Shown here in pieces: positions 9,840 to 20,760 of a DNA stretch of 64,000 nucleotides; position 1 is the first letter of the stretch, and each line of letters opens with the position of its first letter. Source of the stretch: an uncultured Alphaproteobacteria bacterium (lineage in GTDB: Bacteria > Pseudomonadota > Alphaproteobacteria > Rhizobiales > Methyloligellaceae). The stretch is taken from the NCBI GenBank assembly GCA_963730335.1, contig CAVSRK010000002.1, positions 1,730-65,729 on the forward strand, given 5' to 3'. Below the pieces are notes generated by a model. The model saw only the letters and a program-made list of their open reading frames with translations, searched no databases and was not told the origin of the DNA. The translations under genes were made by a program, and so were the position numbers.

Positions 9840-12098
9840 TTAAATCTGCACGCCTTGTTCGGCGGCAAAGCGTTTTAAGTCTTCGCGCACGGAGGTATCC
9901 CTGCATTCGAGCAGCTGTTCAAGTTTTTCCCCAAGATTACCGGCATCGAGCGAAAGAATCATGGCCTTGACCGGGCCGACCGAGGCCGGCGCCATGGAGA
10001 TCGAGCGGAAGCCGAGGCCGATCAGCGCCATGGCCTCGATCGGCCGGCCGGCCATCTCGCCGCACAACGTGAGCGGAACATCATGTTTGTTGGCGGCGTC
10101 GACGATCAGCTTGAGCGCCTTGAGCCCGGCCGGATTGAGAGCATCGAAGCGTTCCGACACACGCATATTGCTGCGATCCGCCGCGAACAGGAATTGCATC
10201 AGATCGTTCGAGCCAACCGATGCGAAATCGGCCAAGGGCAGGATGCGGTCGAGCTGCCACAGCAGCGCCGGCACCTCGATCATGGCGCCGACCAGCAGCG
10301 TCTTCGGCTCCGGGCGCCCATGCCGTTTGAGGATCATCACCTCGCGGTCGATCAGCGCGCGGGCCGCTGCGAATTCCGACACGTCGGAGATCATCGGCAG
10401 CATGATCCTGAGCTCGCGCCCCGCCGACGCCCGGAGCAGCGCCCGGATTTGGGTGCGAAACAGAGCCGGGCGGTCGAGCGCCATGCGGATCGCGCGCCAG
10501 CCAATGGCTGGGTTCTCCTCGTGGCTGGAGCGGAAATAGGGCAGCACCTTATCGCCGCCGACATCGAGCGAGCGGAACACCACCGGCCGGTCGCCGGCAG
10601 CGTCGAGAATCGCCTTGTACAGCCGGGTTTGCTGCTCGAGCCGGGGGAAGGTCGCCGAGATCATGAATTGAAGCTCGGTGCGGAACAGGCCGATGCCGTC
10701 GGCGCCGGACTGATCGAGATGCGGCAAGTCGAACAAGAGGCCGGCATTGATCTGTATGGCCACCCGCGCGCCGTCGAGCGTGACCGACGGCACGGTGCGC
10801 AAGGCGGCATATTGGGCTTGGCGCCGCGCCCGGAAGCGGACCTTGTCGGCATAGGCCGACACCACCTCCTGCGTCGGCCTGATATGCAGCTCGCCGCCTT
10901 CGGCGTCGACGATGGCGGCATCGCCGGGCTCGACCGTTTCGAGCACGCCCTTGACCTGGGTCATCGCCGCGATGCCGAGCGCGCGGGCGACGATGGCGAC
11001 GTGGCTCGCCGCACCCCCCTCCTCCAGCACCAGCCCGCGCAGGCGCTGCCGGTCGTAATCGAGCAGCTCGGCGGGCCCCATGGTGCGGGCCACCACGATG
11101 GCGTCCTGGGGCAAGCTGCCGGTCGCCGCCGTGCCGACGCCGCCCGACAACAGCCGCAACAGCCGATTGGATAGATCGTCGATATCGTGCAGCCGGTCGC
11201 GCAGCCGCGGATCGGGCGAGCGCAGCATGCGCGCGCGCGTGTCGTTGCGCACGCGCTGCACCGCGGCCTCGGCGGTCAGGCCGGTGATGAGCGCCTCGTC
11301 GAGGCGCCGCCGCCAGCCGTGATCGTGAGCGAACATGCGGAACGCTTCCAGCACCTCGCGATGCTCGCCGGCGCGCGCCATGTCGCCGCGCTCCATCATC
11401 GAGTCGATCGCGCCGGTGAGATCCTCGATGGCCTGGCCGAGCCTGCGGCGCTCGAGCTCGACATCCTCGGCGATCAGGCGCGTGACCACGATGCGCGGCT
11501 CGTGCAGCACCACATGGCCGAGCGCCACGCCTTCCGAAATTGGCAGTCCGGTGAACCGTGCCGCGACTTCGCGTCGCCCCTCGGTGCTGACCTCGTCGCT
11601 CACGAGCCCGCCCGAGGCGATCATCTCGGCGAGCACCATGGCAGTGGTTTGCAGGGCCTCGATCTCCTCGTCGCTATATTGCCGCTTGGTGCGGTTCTGC
11701 ACCGTGAGCACGCCGATTGTGTGGCCGCCGCGCAGGATCGGCACGCCGACGAAGGAGTGATAGATCTCCTCGCCGGTCTCGGGACGGTAGGAGAAGGCCG
11801 GGTGGTGCTGGGCATCGGGGAACTGCATCGGCTCGGCCTGCTGCGCGATCAGACCCACTAGTCCTTCGCCGGATTTCAGATGGGTGTTATGGACCGCGCC
11901 GGGATTGAGGCCTTCAGTGGCGAACAGCTCGAGCGAACCGTCGCGGCGGCCCAGATAGAGCGAGCACACCTCGGCGACCATGTTCGAGGCGATCAGCACC
12001 ACCACCTTGTCGAGCCGCACCTGCGCGCTCTCGCGCTCGGCCATCACCTCGCGCAAGCGGCGCAATAATTGTCTCGGGGCGCCAACAGAGACAGGCAT
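9840..12098 (-). CDS. ptsP: Phosphoenolpyruvate-protein phosphotransferase PtsP (EI-Ntr, GAF domain)
   Basis: N-terminal GAF domain, GGAASHVAIVARALG phospho-His motif, GIGLFRTE, SVGSNDL. Confidence 0.96.
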   Translation of the reverse strand: MPVSVGAPRQLLRRLREVMAERESAQVRLDKVVVLIASNMVAEVCSLYLGRRDGSLELFATEGLNPGAVHNTHLKSGEGLVGLIAQQAEPMQFPDAQHHPAFSYRPETGEEIYHSFVGVPILRGGHTIGVLTVQNRTKRQYSDEEIEALQTTAMVLAEMIASGGLVSDEVSTEGRREVAARFTGLPISEGVALGHVVLHEPRIVVTRLIAEDVELERRRLGQAIEDLTGAIDSMMERGDMARAGEHREVLEAFRMFAHDHGWRRRLDEALITGLTAEAAVQRVRNDTRARMLRSPDPRLRDRLHDIDDLSNRLLRLLSGGVGTAATGSLPQDAIVVARTMGPAELLDYDRQRLRGLVLEEGGAASHVAIVARALGIAAMTQVKGVLETVEPGDAAIVDAEGGELHIRPTQEVVSAYADKVRFRARRQAQYAALRTVPSVTLDGARVAIQINAGLLFDLPHLDQSGADGIGLFRTELQFMISATFPRLEQQTRLYKAILDAAGDRPVVFRSLDVGGDKVLPYFRSSHEENPAIGWRAIRMALDRPALFRTQIRALLRASAGRELRIMLPMISDVSEFAAARALIDREVMILKRHGRPEPKTLLVGAMIEVPALLWQLDRILPLADFASVGSNDLMQFLFAADRSNMRVSERFDALNPAGLKALKLIVDAANKHDVPLTLCGEMAGRPIEAMALIGLGFRSISMAPASVGPVKAMILSLDAGNLGEKLEQLLECRDTSVREDLKRFAAEQGVQI

Positions 12099-12276
12099 CG
12101 CTAATAGTCCTCGCCGGGCGGCGGAGCGGCGAACCAGGCAGAGTAAGAAGGCTGTAGGTTAGCCGCCAAAACCCCCTGGAGCGTAATCAGCGGAGCTTCA
12201 ATCGCGACAACGCTCCAGGGTCTGTTTTACGCATGATCTTATCGGAAAACCGGGTCCCACTTTTCCGGATCATGCT

Positions 12277-13575
12277 CTAGCGGCTGTCCAATCCGAACAA
12301 GGAATGCAAGGTCCGCACCGCAAGCTCGGCGTAGGCCGCGTCGATCAATACGCTGATTTTGATCTCGGATGTGGAGATCGCCTCGATATTGATGCCTTTT
12401 TCGGCAAGGGCGCTGAACATTTGCGCGGCAACCCCGGCGTGGCTCCGCATGCCGACACCTATCGCCGATACCTTGGCTATGTCGGTGGAACCACGCAAGT
12501 CCAAATAACCGATGTTTTCCTTGGCGTTACGCAAGACTTCGAGGGCCCGGTCGAGATCGGCGCTCTGCACGGTGAAGGTCAGGTCGGTAAAGCGGCCGTC
12601 TTCCGACACGTTCTGCACGATCATATCGACATTGATATTGGCCTCGGCCAGCGGGCCGAACACCTGGGCCGCCACTCCCGGCTTGTCGGCGACCTTGAGC
12701 AAGGTCACCTTGGCCTCATCCCGGGCATAGGCAATTCCACTGACGACGTTCTGCTCCACGATCTCATCCTCATGGCAAACCAGCGTTCCAAGTCCGCCCG
12801 CAGGCTCGACCTTCGTCCTGCCGCCAAGGTCGGGGGGCTCGAAGCTCGACCGCACCAGGACGCGGACGCCCTTCTGCATGGCAAGCTCGACCGAGCGGGT
12901 CTGTAGCACCTTGGCGCCTTGCGAGGCCATTTCTAGCATTTCTTCGTAAGAAATGCGGTCGAGCCGGTGGGCCTTGGGCACCACCCGCGGGTCGGTGGTG
13001 TAGACCCCGTCGACGTCGGTATAGATATCGCAACGATCCGCCGCGAGCGCGGCCGCCAACGCCACGGCGCTGGTATCGGAGCCGCCGCGGCCGAGCGTCG
13101 AGATGCGGTTGCCGGGCGCAATCCCCTGGAAGCCTGCAACGACCGCCACTTCGCCGTCCATCATGCGCGCCTTGATCTCGTCGACCGTGACCCCGGTGAT
13201 GCGGGCGGCGCGGTGGGCGCCGTCGGTCTGAAGCGGGATCTGCCAGCCCTGCCAAGATCGCGCCCGCAAGCCCAGCGATTGCAGCACGAGCGCCAACAGC
13301 CCCGAGGTGACCTGCTCGCCGGACGACACCACGGCATCGTATTCGCGCCCGTCATATTGGGCGGACGCCTCGGCGCCGTTTTGCTTCCGCTCCTTGAAGC
13401 CCCAAGCCTTCTCGACCAGGGCGACGAGCTGGTTGGTCTGGCCGGCCATGGCCGAAACCACCACCGCGCAAGCGTGCCCGGCGTCGGCCTCGCGCTTGAC
13501 ATGAGCGGCGACGTTGCGGATCCGATCGATATCGGCGACGGAGGTCCCGCCGAATTTCAGCACCAACAGGGCCAT
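12277..13575 (-). CDS. lysC: Aspartate kinase
   Basis: VLKFGGTSV, TLGRGGSDTSAVA and two ACT domains. Confidence 0.97.
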   Translation of the reverse strand: MALLVLKFGGTSVADIDRIRNVAAHVKREADAGHACAVVVSAMAGQTNQLVALVEKAWGFKERKQNGAEASAQYDGREYDAVVSSGEQVTSGLLALVLQSLGLRARSWQGWQIPLQTDGAHRAARITGVTVDEIKARMMDGEVAVVAGFQGIAPGNRISTLGRGGSDTSAVALAAALAADRCDIYTDVDGVYTTDPRVVPKAHRLDRISYEEMLEMASQGAKVLQTRSVELAMQKGVRVLVRSSFEPPDLGGRTKVEPAGGLGTLVCHEDEIVEQNVVSGIAYARDEAKVTLLKVADKPGVAAQVFGPLAEANINVDMIVQNVSEDGRFTDLTFTVQSADLDRALEVLRNAKENIGYLDLRGSTDIAKVSAIGVGMRSHAGVAAQMFSALAEKGINIEAISTSEIKISVLIDAAYAELAVRTLHSLFGLDSR

Positions 13576-13736
13576 GGCCTCGTTCCGGGCGTGGGCGCCC
13601 TCGGGCGTCCCACAATAAGAGGGCCGGCCCTTTAAGGGACCGGCCGGACATGCTGGCCTTTCATACTGATTGCAGCCCGCGCCTGCAACCTGGCTGTGGC
13701 TTGACAGGGAGCCGCCTGGCTGGGCCTTTGCTTGCT

Positions 13737-14477
13737 ATGGCCGAGGCTCAACAGACGCTCGATGCGGACGAGGTCGCCCGCTTCGCCAAGTTGGCCCACG
13801 ACTGGTGGGACGCCAACGGCCCGTTCAAGCCGCTGCATCGCATCAATCCCACCCGCCTCACTTATATCCGCGACCGGCTCTGCCAGAAATTCGGGCGCGA
13901 CAAGAAGGCGGCGTCGAGCCTCGCCGGACTAAGCGTGCTCGATATCGGCTGCGGCGGCGGGCTGGTGGCCGAGCCGTTGACAAGGCTCGGCGCCGAGGTG
14001 ACCGGCATCGACCCGGCGGCAGAGACGATCGCCGCCGCCAAGGCCCATGCCAAAGGCGCGCGGCTCGACATTACCTATCGCGCCGCCACCGCCGAGGACT
14101 TGGCGGCCGAGGGCGCTGCGTTCGATGCCGTGCTCCTGCTCGAAGTTGTCGAGCACGTGCCGGATGTACCCCAGTTCCTGAAGCAGGTGTCGCCGCTGGT
14201 GAAGCCGGGCGGCATGATGATCCTGTCGACCATCAACCGCACGTACAAAGCCTATGCGCTGGTGATCATCGGCGCCGAGCTGATCCTGCGCTGGCTGCCG
14301 GCCGGCACTCATAACTGGGCCCGCTTCGTCACGCCCGAGGAGCTGAGACGTGCGCTCAAGGGCGCGGGCCTGAACCCGGCCGACGTGACCGGCATGGTCT
14401 ATGACCCGCTCGCCGACGAGTGGCGGCTTTCGTGCGACAGCGATGTCAATTATTTCGCGACGGCCGAGCGGCGCTGA
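13737..14477 (+). CDS. ubiG: UbiG O-methyltransferase
   Basis: EVARFAKLAHDWWDANGPFKPLHRINP, VLDIGCGGG, EVVEHV. Confidence 0.95.
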   Translation: MAEAQQTLDADEVARFAKLAHDWWDANGPFKPLHRINPTRLTYIRDRLCQKFGRDKKAASSLAGLSVLDIGCGGGLVAEPLTRLGAEVTGIDPAAETIAAAKAHAKGARLDITYRAATAEDLAAEGAAFDAVLLLEVVEHVPDVPQFLKQVSPLVKPGGMMILSTINRTYKAYALVIIGAELILRWLPAGTHNWARFVTPEELRRALKGAGLNPADVTGMVYDPLADEWRLSCDSDVNYFATAERR

Positions 14478-14489
14478 CAGGCAGTCCGC

Positions 14490-14696
14490 TTAATCCGCCA
14501 GCATGGCCAATGCCGCGCGGCGATCTCCGGGTTTCAATCTCAGGAACAGCGTGCGGGCATTCTTGATGTCACGCTCCGAACCACTCTCGGCGGCCGCCTT
14601 GAGGGCAACCGTCGTCGGATGGTCCGGGCCGCAAATGAACACCAAGGCTTTCGCCAAGCGCCCCATGGCCGCCTGGTCGATCGCCTTCTCGTCCAT
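14490..14696 (-). CDS. Small hypothetical protein (68 aa)
   Basis: Natural-looking sequence and codon use, filling the gap between ubiG and the L,D-transpeptidase gene. Confidence 0.65.
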   Translation of the reverse strand: MDEKAIDQAAMGRLAKALVFICGPDHPTTVALKAAAESGSERDIKNARTLFLRLKPGDRRAALAMLAD

Positions 14697-14708
14697 CGAG
14701 ATTGACGC

Positions 14709-15596
14709 TCAGTAGCCGCGTGGGCCGAGGCCGCGATAGTAATTGCCTCGCGGCACGTAATAGCCCTGAGGACCGTCGTCCTGGAACCAGCGCCGGCCGA
14801 ACAGGCCGCGCCGCTTCTTCCGCTGCTGCTGCTGGTAATTGTCGCCACGCTCGAACCAAGGCGGGTAAATATCGCCATCTCGGCCCGACGGGCTCGCTAC
14901 TTTCGGACCCTCGCCGCCCTTAGTGTCGCCGGTGAGCACCACTTGGGTATTCTCCAAGCCGGTCGCCTTCACCAGCGTGTACAGCGTTTTGGCATTCTCT
15001 CGGGACAGCCGCACGCAGCCATGAGAAGCGGCGTTGCCGAGCCGCTTCTCATCCAAGGTGCCGTGTATGGCATGGCCCTTCTTGGTGAAGAAGACGGCGT
15101 GGGGCATCGGCGCGTTGTCCCACTGCTTGCTGTACCAAATCTCGTTCATGGACGTGGCGGTGTAGGTGCCGGACGGGGTGGAATAACCGCGCATGCCGGT
15201 CGACACCGGCCAGGAATATTGCTGCACGCCGTCGACGAAGACGGTCATCTCCTGGGTCGATTTGTCGATATCGATAAGGACCGTTGATTTGGGCTGCTCG
15301 GGCGCCGCCGGCGCGGTGGCCGCGTCGCCATTGTCGGGCGCGCCCTCGGGCGTACCGTCGGTGTCGTCGGTTGCAGCGTCGGGCTCCTCAACTGCGTCCT
15401 GACTGTCCTGGGTCACGGCGTGGGGCGGCGGGGCGCCATCGGTGCCGGTCCCCGCGTTCGGCGCGCTCGGTTCGGCCTGTTGGGCCGGCGCGGCGTCAGG
15501 CGTGGGCTCGGCATAGGCCGGAAAAGCCAGCATCACCGCTAAAAACGGAACGGCGAGCAGAGTCCGGAAGTGCGAGAAAGAGGCTGTGAGGGGCAT
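14709..15596 (-). CDS. L,D-transpeptidase (YkuD/ErfK family)
   Basis: Signal peptide, acidic linker, WPVSTG and AIHGT...ASHGCVRL catalytic motif. Confidence 0.92.
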   Translation of the reverse strand: MPLTASFSHFRTLLAVPFLAVMLAFPAYAEPTPDAAPAQQAEPSAPNAGTGTDGAPPPHAVTQDSQDAVEEPDAATDDTDGTPEGAPDNGDAATAPAAPEQPKSTVLIDIDKSTQEMTVFVDGVQQYSWPVSTGMRGYSTPSGTYTATSMNEIWYSKQWDNAPMPHAVFFTKKGHAIHGTLDEKRLGNAASHGCVRLSRENAKTLYTLVKATGLENTQVVLTGDTKGGEGPKVASPSGRDGDIYPPWFERGDNYQQQQRKKRRGLFGRRWFQDDGPQGYYVPRGNYYRGLGPRGY

Positions 15597-15800
15597 CTCT
15601 AAATCCTGGTTGCGCAGAAACCAACGCCCGGCAGCTTCATAGATAGGTCCCGTTGAAGGCTTTACCAGGGCACTAGACACAATTTGTACCGCGAGGAGCC
15701 AAACAAGAAGTTACCCGCGAGCCTGTAACGCTCATATGTCAGTTGTGATCCTTGGGCGGCGCGGAAAGCGCAAATTCCCGCCTGCTGCGGCATTTTTGCA

Positions 15801-16679
15801 TCATGGGGCCGATTTCCGCGCCTGAGCGGGGGCGGCTTGGACGATCTCGACCTCGAAATCCCGGTCATGTTTGAGCGCTGGGATGCGGGCGCGGGCTTCC
15901 GCCGACGCGGCAAGATCGATATCGGCGAAGATCACGCCCGGCTCCTCGCCGCCCTCGGCCAGCACCTCGCCCCAGGGCGACACGATCAGGCTATGACCGA
16001 AGGTGGACCGTCTATTCTCGTGCAGGCCGCCTTGGGTGGCGGCCAGTACGAAGGCGCCGGTCTCGATGGCGCGGGCGCGGATCAGCACGTGCCAATGCGC
16101 CTCGCCGGTCTGCTTGGTGAAGGCGGCGGGCACGGCGATGAATTCGGCACCCGCGCCGGCGAGCGCGCGGTAGAGCTGCGGGAAGCGGAGGTCGTAGCAG
16201 ATCGAGAGCCCAAGCCGGCCGAACGGCAGGTCGACCAGCACCGCCTTGCCGCCCGGCCGCGCGTGGTGCGATTCGCGATAGCTCTCGCCGCCGGCGAGGT
16301 CGACGTCGAACAGATGCAGCTTGTCGTACTGCGCGGCGATGCCGCCTTGCGGATCGATCAGATAAGAGCGGTTGGCGACGCGCGTGCCGTCGAGCTTGAT
16401 GGCGAGCGAGCCGATATGGAGATGGATGCCGAGTTCGGCGGCGAGCGCGCGCAGCCGCTTGAGCGGAACGCTCGTCTCCTCGGGCTCGGCTGCGGCGAGG
16501 ACCAGCTTCGGCTCGAGCTCCATGAAGGCGGTGTTCTCCGGCGTCTGCACGTAGAGGGCGCCACCTTGGGCGGCGCGCCGGATCAGGGCCTCGGCCCGGT
16601 CGAGATTGCCGGCGACGGAGCGGCCCGAGCGGAGCTGCACCAGCGCGGCGCGGAAGCGTCGGTGCGAAGGTTTGCTCAT
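15801..16679 (-). CDS. Carbon-nitrogen hydrolase (nitrilase/Nit family)
   Basis: TPEN, YDKLHLFDV and SICYDLRFP give the E-K-C triad. Confidence 0.95.
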   Translation of the reverse strand: MSKPSHRRFRAALVQLRSGRSVAGNLDRAEALIRRAAQGGALYVQTPENTAFMELEPKLVLAAAEPEETSVPLKRLRALAAELGIHLHIGSLAIKLDGTRVANRSYLIDPQGGIAAQYDKLHLFDVDLAGGESYRESHHARPGGKAVLVDLPFGRLGLSICYDLRFPQLYRALAGAGAEFIAVPAAFTKQTGEAHWHVLIRARAIETGAFVLAATQGGLHENRRSTFGHSLIVSPWGEVLAEGGEEPGVIFADIDLAASAEARARIPALKHDRDFEVEIVQAAPAQARKSAP

Positions 16680-16981
16680 GTCTCGTTCGCGTCCGCGAGC
16701 GTCTCGGACGCGGGCGTCTCGGACGGGTTGGCCAGCCAGTCGTCGAGCTTGCCCTCGCGCTCGAGCATGGCAAGCTCGTCATAGCCGCCGACATGGCGGC
16801 CGTGGATGAAGATCTGCGGCACGGTGCGTTGCCCGTTCGCCCGGTCGAGCATCTCGGCGCGCTTGTCGCGATCGAAGGACACATCGATCTCCTCGAAGTC
16901 GAGCGTCTTCTCGGCGAGAAGCCGCTTGGCCGCGCGGCAATAACCGCAGAACGGCGTGGTGTAGAGCAGGATGCGGCTCAT
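16676..16981 (-). CDS. grxC: Glutaredoxin 3
   Basis: CGYC active site, TVPQIFI, GGYDEL. Confidence 0.95.
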   Translation of the reverse strand: MSRILLYTTPFCGYCRAAKRLLAEKTLDFEEIDVSFDRDKRAEMLDRANGQRTVPQIFIHGRHVGGYDELAMLEREGKLDDWLANPSETPASETLADANET

Positions 16982-17018
16982 GCCAGATAACTGGGCTGAG
17001 ACCGCGACTTGCGCAAGA

Positions 17019-17838
17019 CTAAAGCACGAATGCGGTGGGCTCGACGGCGCGCGCCAGCGCCAGGATATCGACCCGCGCGGCCTTCGCCCGCTTCAGCGCC
17101 CGCGCGCACGCCTCGGCGGTCGCGCCCGTAGTGATGACGTCGTCGACCACCACGAGCTTCTTGCCCCTGACGCGGGCGGCGTGCGCCTTATCGACCCTGA
17201 ACGCGCCTCTGACGTTGCGCCGGCGCTGCTCGGCGCTGAGCCCGACCTGGCTGGCGGTCCGCTTGACCCGCCTCAGCACCGCGCAATCGACTGGCACGCC
17301 GGCGAGCCGGCCGACCGCCAAGGCCAGCATGGCCGCCTGGTTGAAGCGCCGCCACCACAGCCGCGAGGGGTAGAGCGGCACCGGCACGATGAGATCGGCG
17401 TCGGCGAGCAGCTCGGCTCCCGCCTTGTTGAGCCAGCGGGCGAACAAGGGCAGTCCCTCATGCCGATCGCGATATTTGAAGCCCTGGATAAGCTCGCGCA
17501 TGGTGTCCGAATAGCGCGCCGCGGCCCGCGCGCGGTCGTAGACTGGCGGGGAGGCAATTGCCGCCGCCGACAACCGCGGCTCGCCCGCCTCGTAGGGCAG
17601 CGGGACGCCGAGCCTGGCGCAGATCGGAGGCGCAATGAAGTCGATGCTGGCGAAGCAGGCGCCGCAGAGCAGCCCGTGGCTGACGATGCCGCCGCCGGCA
17701 AGAGATGCAAACCGGCGGCAGCAGGAGATCGGCGAGACGGAGGAGCATCGGCCGCAGCAAGGCGGCACCGGCGCCTCCCGTCGCGGTGGCGGGGGAAGCG
17801 GGCGGCTCAAGACCAAGCTCGGCCTCGCCGGTCAGCAT
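17019..17838 (-). pseudogene. comF: ComF family protein with +1 frameshift (or sequence error)
   Basis: The N-terminus MLTGEAELG...LADLLLPPVCISCRRR is in one frame. IVSHGLLCGAC...CARLG...VVVDDVITTGAT (PRTase motif) is in another. The switch is at about 17688. Confidence 0.8.
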
Positions 17839-17894
17839 GGCGCTATGATAGAGCCCGCAAGCCCCAAGCTCAAACAGCGGAGCGACAGCGTCCC

Positions 17895-18827
17895 ATGACC
17901 GACGAACGGCTGCTGTTCGACCGCAAGCTGCTGCGTGAGCGCCGCGCCCGCTTCGCCCACGAGATCGCGGCGCGCGAGTTCGTGCTGGCCCATGTCGCGC
18001 GGGAGATCGCCGAGCGCGTCGAGCTGATGCTTCGGCCGTTTCCGTTGGCGCTCGATTTGGGCGCCTATCACGGGCTGCTCGGGCGCAAGGTCGCCGAGTT
18101 GCCCTCGGTCGGGGCAATGATCTATGCCGAGAGCGCGCTCGCCTTTGCCGCGCTGTGCCCGCGCCCGGCGCTGGTGTGCGACGAGGATTTGTTGCCGTTC
18201 AAGGATGCGAGCCTCAATCTGATCGTGTCGGGGCTGGCGCTCCACCGAGTGAACGACCTTCCCGGCGCGCTCATCCAGATCAGGCGCGCGCTCGCCCCTG
18301 ACGGCTTGTTCATGGCGGCGCTGCTCGGCGCCGGAGCCCTGTCGGAATTGAGAGAAGCGCTGATCGAGGCCGAGGCCGAGACCGAAGGTGGGGCAAGCCC
18401 GCGGGTCGCCCCGTTCGGCGACGTGCGCGCCTATGGCGCGTTGTTGCAGCGCGCCGGCTTCGCGCTGCCGGTGGCCGATGCCGAAACGCTGACGGTGCAC
18501 TATGCGAACCCAGGCGAAGTGATGCACGAAATCCGCGCGCTCGGCGGGGGCAACGTGCTGCTCGCCCGCAGCCGGAGGCCGCTCGCGCGCCGCACGCTGC
18601 AGCGCGCCGAAGAGATCTATCGCGCGCGCCACACCACGCCGGACGGCAAGGTGAGTGCGAGTTTCGAGATCGTCTATCTGAGCGGCTGGAGTCCCGACCC
18701 GAGCCAGCAAAAGCCGCTGAAGCCCGGCAGCGCCGCGCGGCGGCTCGCCGACGCGCTCGGCACCACCGAGCGGCCCGCCGGCGACAAGGCGGCATTCCCC
18801 GTCAAGCCACGCGATAAGAAGAGTTAG
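17895..18827 (+). CDS. SAM-dependent methyltransferase (BioC/NDUFAF5-like)
   Basis: MTDERLLFDR..., ALDLGAYHG, LHRVNDLPG, GGASPRVAPF; divergent from comF as usual. Confidence 0.9.
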   Translation: MTDERLLFDRKLLRERRARFAHEIAAREFVLAHVAREIAERVELMLRPFPLALDLGAYHGLLGRKVAELPSVGAMIYAESALAFAALCPRPALVCDEDLLPFKDASLNLIVSGLALHRVNDLPGALIQIRRALAPDGLFMAALLGAGALSELREALIEAEAETEGGASPRVAPFGDVRAYGALLQRAGFALPVADAETLTVHYANPGEVMHEIRALGGGNVLLARSRRPLARRTLQRAEEIYRARHTTPDGKVSASFEIVYLSGWSPDPSQQKPLKPGSAARRLADALGTTERPAGDKAAFPVKPRDKKS

Positions 18828-19030
18828 TTGCCGTAGATGCCTGCGGCTTTTTCAAACATGCCCCTCACGCTGTCGCCGATCTCAAAGACCAAGGCAACAA
18901 TGGCGAGAGCGATGGCGGCAACTAACAGGCCATATTCCACCGCCGTCGCGCCTGAGCTGTCGGCGGCAAACCGACGCGCGGTCAGCGCCAGGCTTTGCAA
19001 ACGATGGGTCTCCGTCCTGCTCCGCATCAT
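18824..19030 (-). CDS. Flp family type IVb pilin
   Basis: DSSGATAVEYGL cleavage motif followed by a hydrophobic helix. Confidence 0.9.
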   Translation of the reverse strand: MMRSRTETHRLQSLALTARRFAADSSGATAVEYGLLVAAIALAIVALVFEIGDSVRGMFEKAAGIYGN

Positions 19031-19464
19031 CGTCTCCCCATCCTCAACAATTCGGGCAATGCAGTCTTGAGCGGCTCATCGGCCGGCGGCATGGCGTAAT
19101 GGTGCAGCGCGTCGGGCCTCGCCCATGACAGCTCCTGGCCTTCGTGCGCGGCCACGCTGCCCCGCCAACGCCGGCAGAGATAAACCGGCATCAGCAGATG
19201 GAAGTCGGGATATGCGTGGCTCGCGAACGTGAGCGGCGTGAGATCGCTCGCGGCGATCTCGATACCAAGCTCCTCGCGTAGCTCGCGGATCAACGCGTCC
19301 TCCGGCCTCTCTCCCGCCTCGACCTTGCCGCCGGGGAATTCCCAAAGGCCGGCCAGCGGTCGCCCCGCGGGGCGTTTGGCGATCAGCACCGCACCCTCGG
19401 AATCGAGGAGCGCGCAGGCCGCGACGATGACGATCGGGCGCTTCAAGCCCTCGCTCATACTCAC
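19027..19464 (-). CDS. mutT: 8-oxo-dGTP diphosphatase MutT (Nudix)
   Basis: WEFPGGKVEAGERPEDALIRELREELG Nudix box. Confidence 0.93.
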   Translation of the reverse strand: MSMSEGLKRPIVIVAACALLDSEGAVLIAKRPAGRPLAGLWEFPGGKVEAGERPEDALIRELREELGIEIAASDLTPLTFASHAYPDFHLLMPVYLCRRWRGSVAAHEGQELSWARPDALHHYAMPPADEPLKTALPELLRMGRR

Positions 19465-19501
19465 ATCCGAAAGTTAATGCAGTTTTGGCTAAATACCCGA
19501 C

Positions 19502-20740
19502 TCACGACCGGTAATCGGCGTTGATGGCGATATAGTCGTGGGTGAGATCGCAGGTCCATATGGTTGCCGCTTCCTTACCCACGCCGACATCCACGGTGAT
19601 GGCGATCTCAAGCCCCTTCATATAGGCGGCGCCGTGCTGCTCGCGGTAGGAGGGAGCGACCTCGCCGTCCGAGGCCACGAGAATGTCGCCCAGCCAGATG
19701 GCGAGCTTGTCGCGGTCGGCCGTCTCGCCCGCTTTGCCTACTGCCGCCACGATCCGCCCCCAATTGGGATCCTCGCCGGCGATCGCCGTTTTCACCAGCG
19801 GTGAATTGGCGATCGATTTGGCGATGGCGCGCGCGGCCTTCTTCGTCTTGGCCCCGGTCACTTTCACGGTGACGAATTTGGTCAGCCCCTCGCCGTCCTT
19901 GACTACCTGAAGAGCGAGATCGTGCATCACTTCGGCGAGCGCCAAGCGGAAGCCGGCGAGCCTCAGGTCGTTGCCGTCGGCGATCCGCGGGGCGCCGCGC
20001 GAGACCGACCGCCCGGTGGCGAAGACCAGCAGCGTATCGCTGGTCGAGGTATCGCCGTCGATGGTGATGGCGTTGAAGGTTTCGTCGACCGCCGGGTCGA
20101 GCGAGGCGCGCAGCGCCTGCGGCTCGATGGCCGCGTCGGTGAACACAAAGGCGAGCAGAGTCGCCATGTCGGGCGCGATCATGCCGGCGCCCTTGGCGAT
20201 GCCGTTGATGGTGACCTCGACACCGTCGATCTCGGCCTTGCGCGTGGCGAGCTTGGGATAGGTGTCGGTGGTCATGATGGCGCGCGCGGCCGCGGCGAAG
20301 GCGTCGGGCTTGGCGGCTTGCGCGAGCGTGGCGAGGTGCAAGGCGATCTTGCTGGCATCGAGCGGTTCGCCGATCACGCCGGTCGAGGCGAGGTAGACAT
20401 CGGCTTCCTGGCAGTCGACCGCCTCGGACGCCGCCTCGGCGGTGCGGTTGACCGCGTCCACCCCGCGCTTGCCGGTAAAGGCATTGGCGTTGCCGGAATT
20501 GACCACTAGTGCGCGGGCCATGCCGTGGGCGAGATGCTTGCGGCACCAATCGACCGGCGCGGACGCCGTCTTCGACTGGGTCAGCACGCCGGCCACGGTC
20601 GTGCCCGGGTCGAACAAAACAAGCAACAGATCGCTGCGGCCCGGATAGCGGATGCCGGCCGCGGCAGTAGCCAGGCGCACCCCGTCGATGGCCGGTATAT
20701 GCGGCGCGTGCTTCGGCGCAAACGGCGAGATCTTGCCCAA
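19502..20740 (-). CDS. argJ: Bifunctional ornithine acetyltransferase ArgJ
   Basis: [43 protein letters not shown]. Confidence 0.97.
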   Translation of the reverse strand: MGKISPFAPKHAPHIPAIDGVRLATAAAGIRYPGRSDLLLVLFDPGTTVAGVLTQSKTASAPVDWCRKHLAHGMARALVVNSGNANAFTGKRGVDAVNRTAEAASEAVDCQEADVYLASTGVIGEPLDASKIALHLATLAQAAKPDAFAAAARAIMTTDTYPKLATRKAEIDGVEVTINGIAKGAGMIAPDMATLLAFVFTDAAIEPQALRASLDPAVDETFNAITIDGDTSTSDTLLVFATGRSVSRGAPRIADGNDLRLAGFRLALAEVMHDLALQVVKDGEGLTKFVTVKVTGAKTKKAARAIAKSIANSPLVKTAIAGEDPNWGRIVAAVGKAGETADRDKLAIWLGDILVASDGEVAPSYREQHGAAYMKGLEIAITVDVGVGKEAATIWTCDLTHDYIAINADYRS

Positions 20741-20760
20741 GAGCCCCCTATGCCGAACGG

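Noticed and set aside
18824-19030. Orphan Flp pilin as a novel pilus system
   Set aside because: Stand-alone Flp genes beside mutT are common in this order, and no tad genes are in the window.
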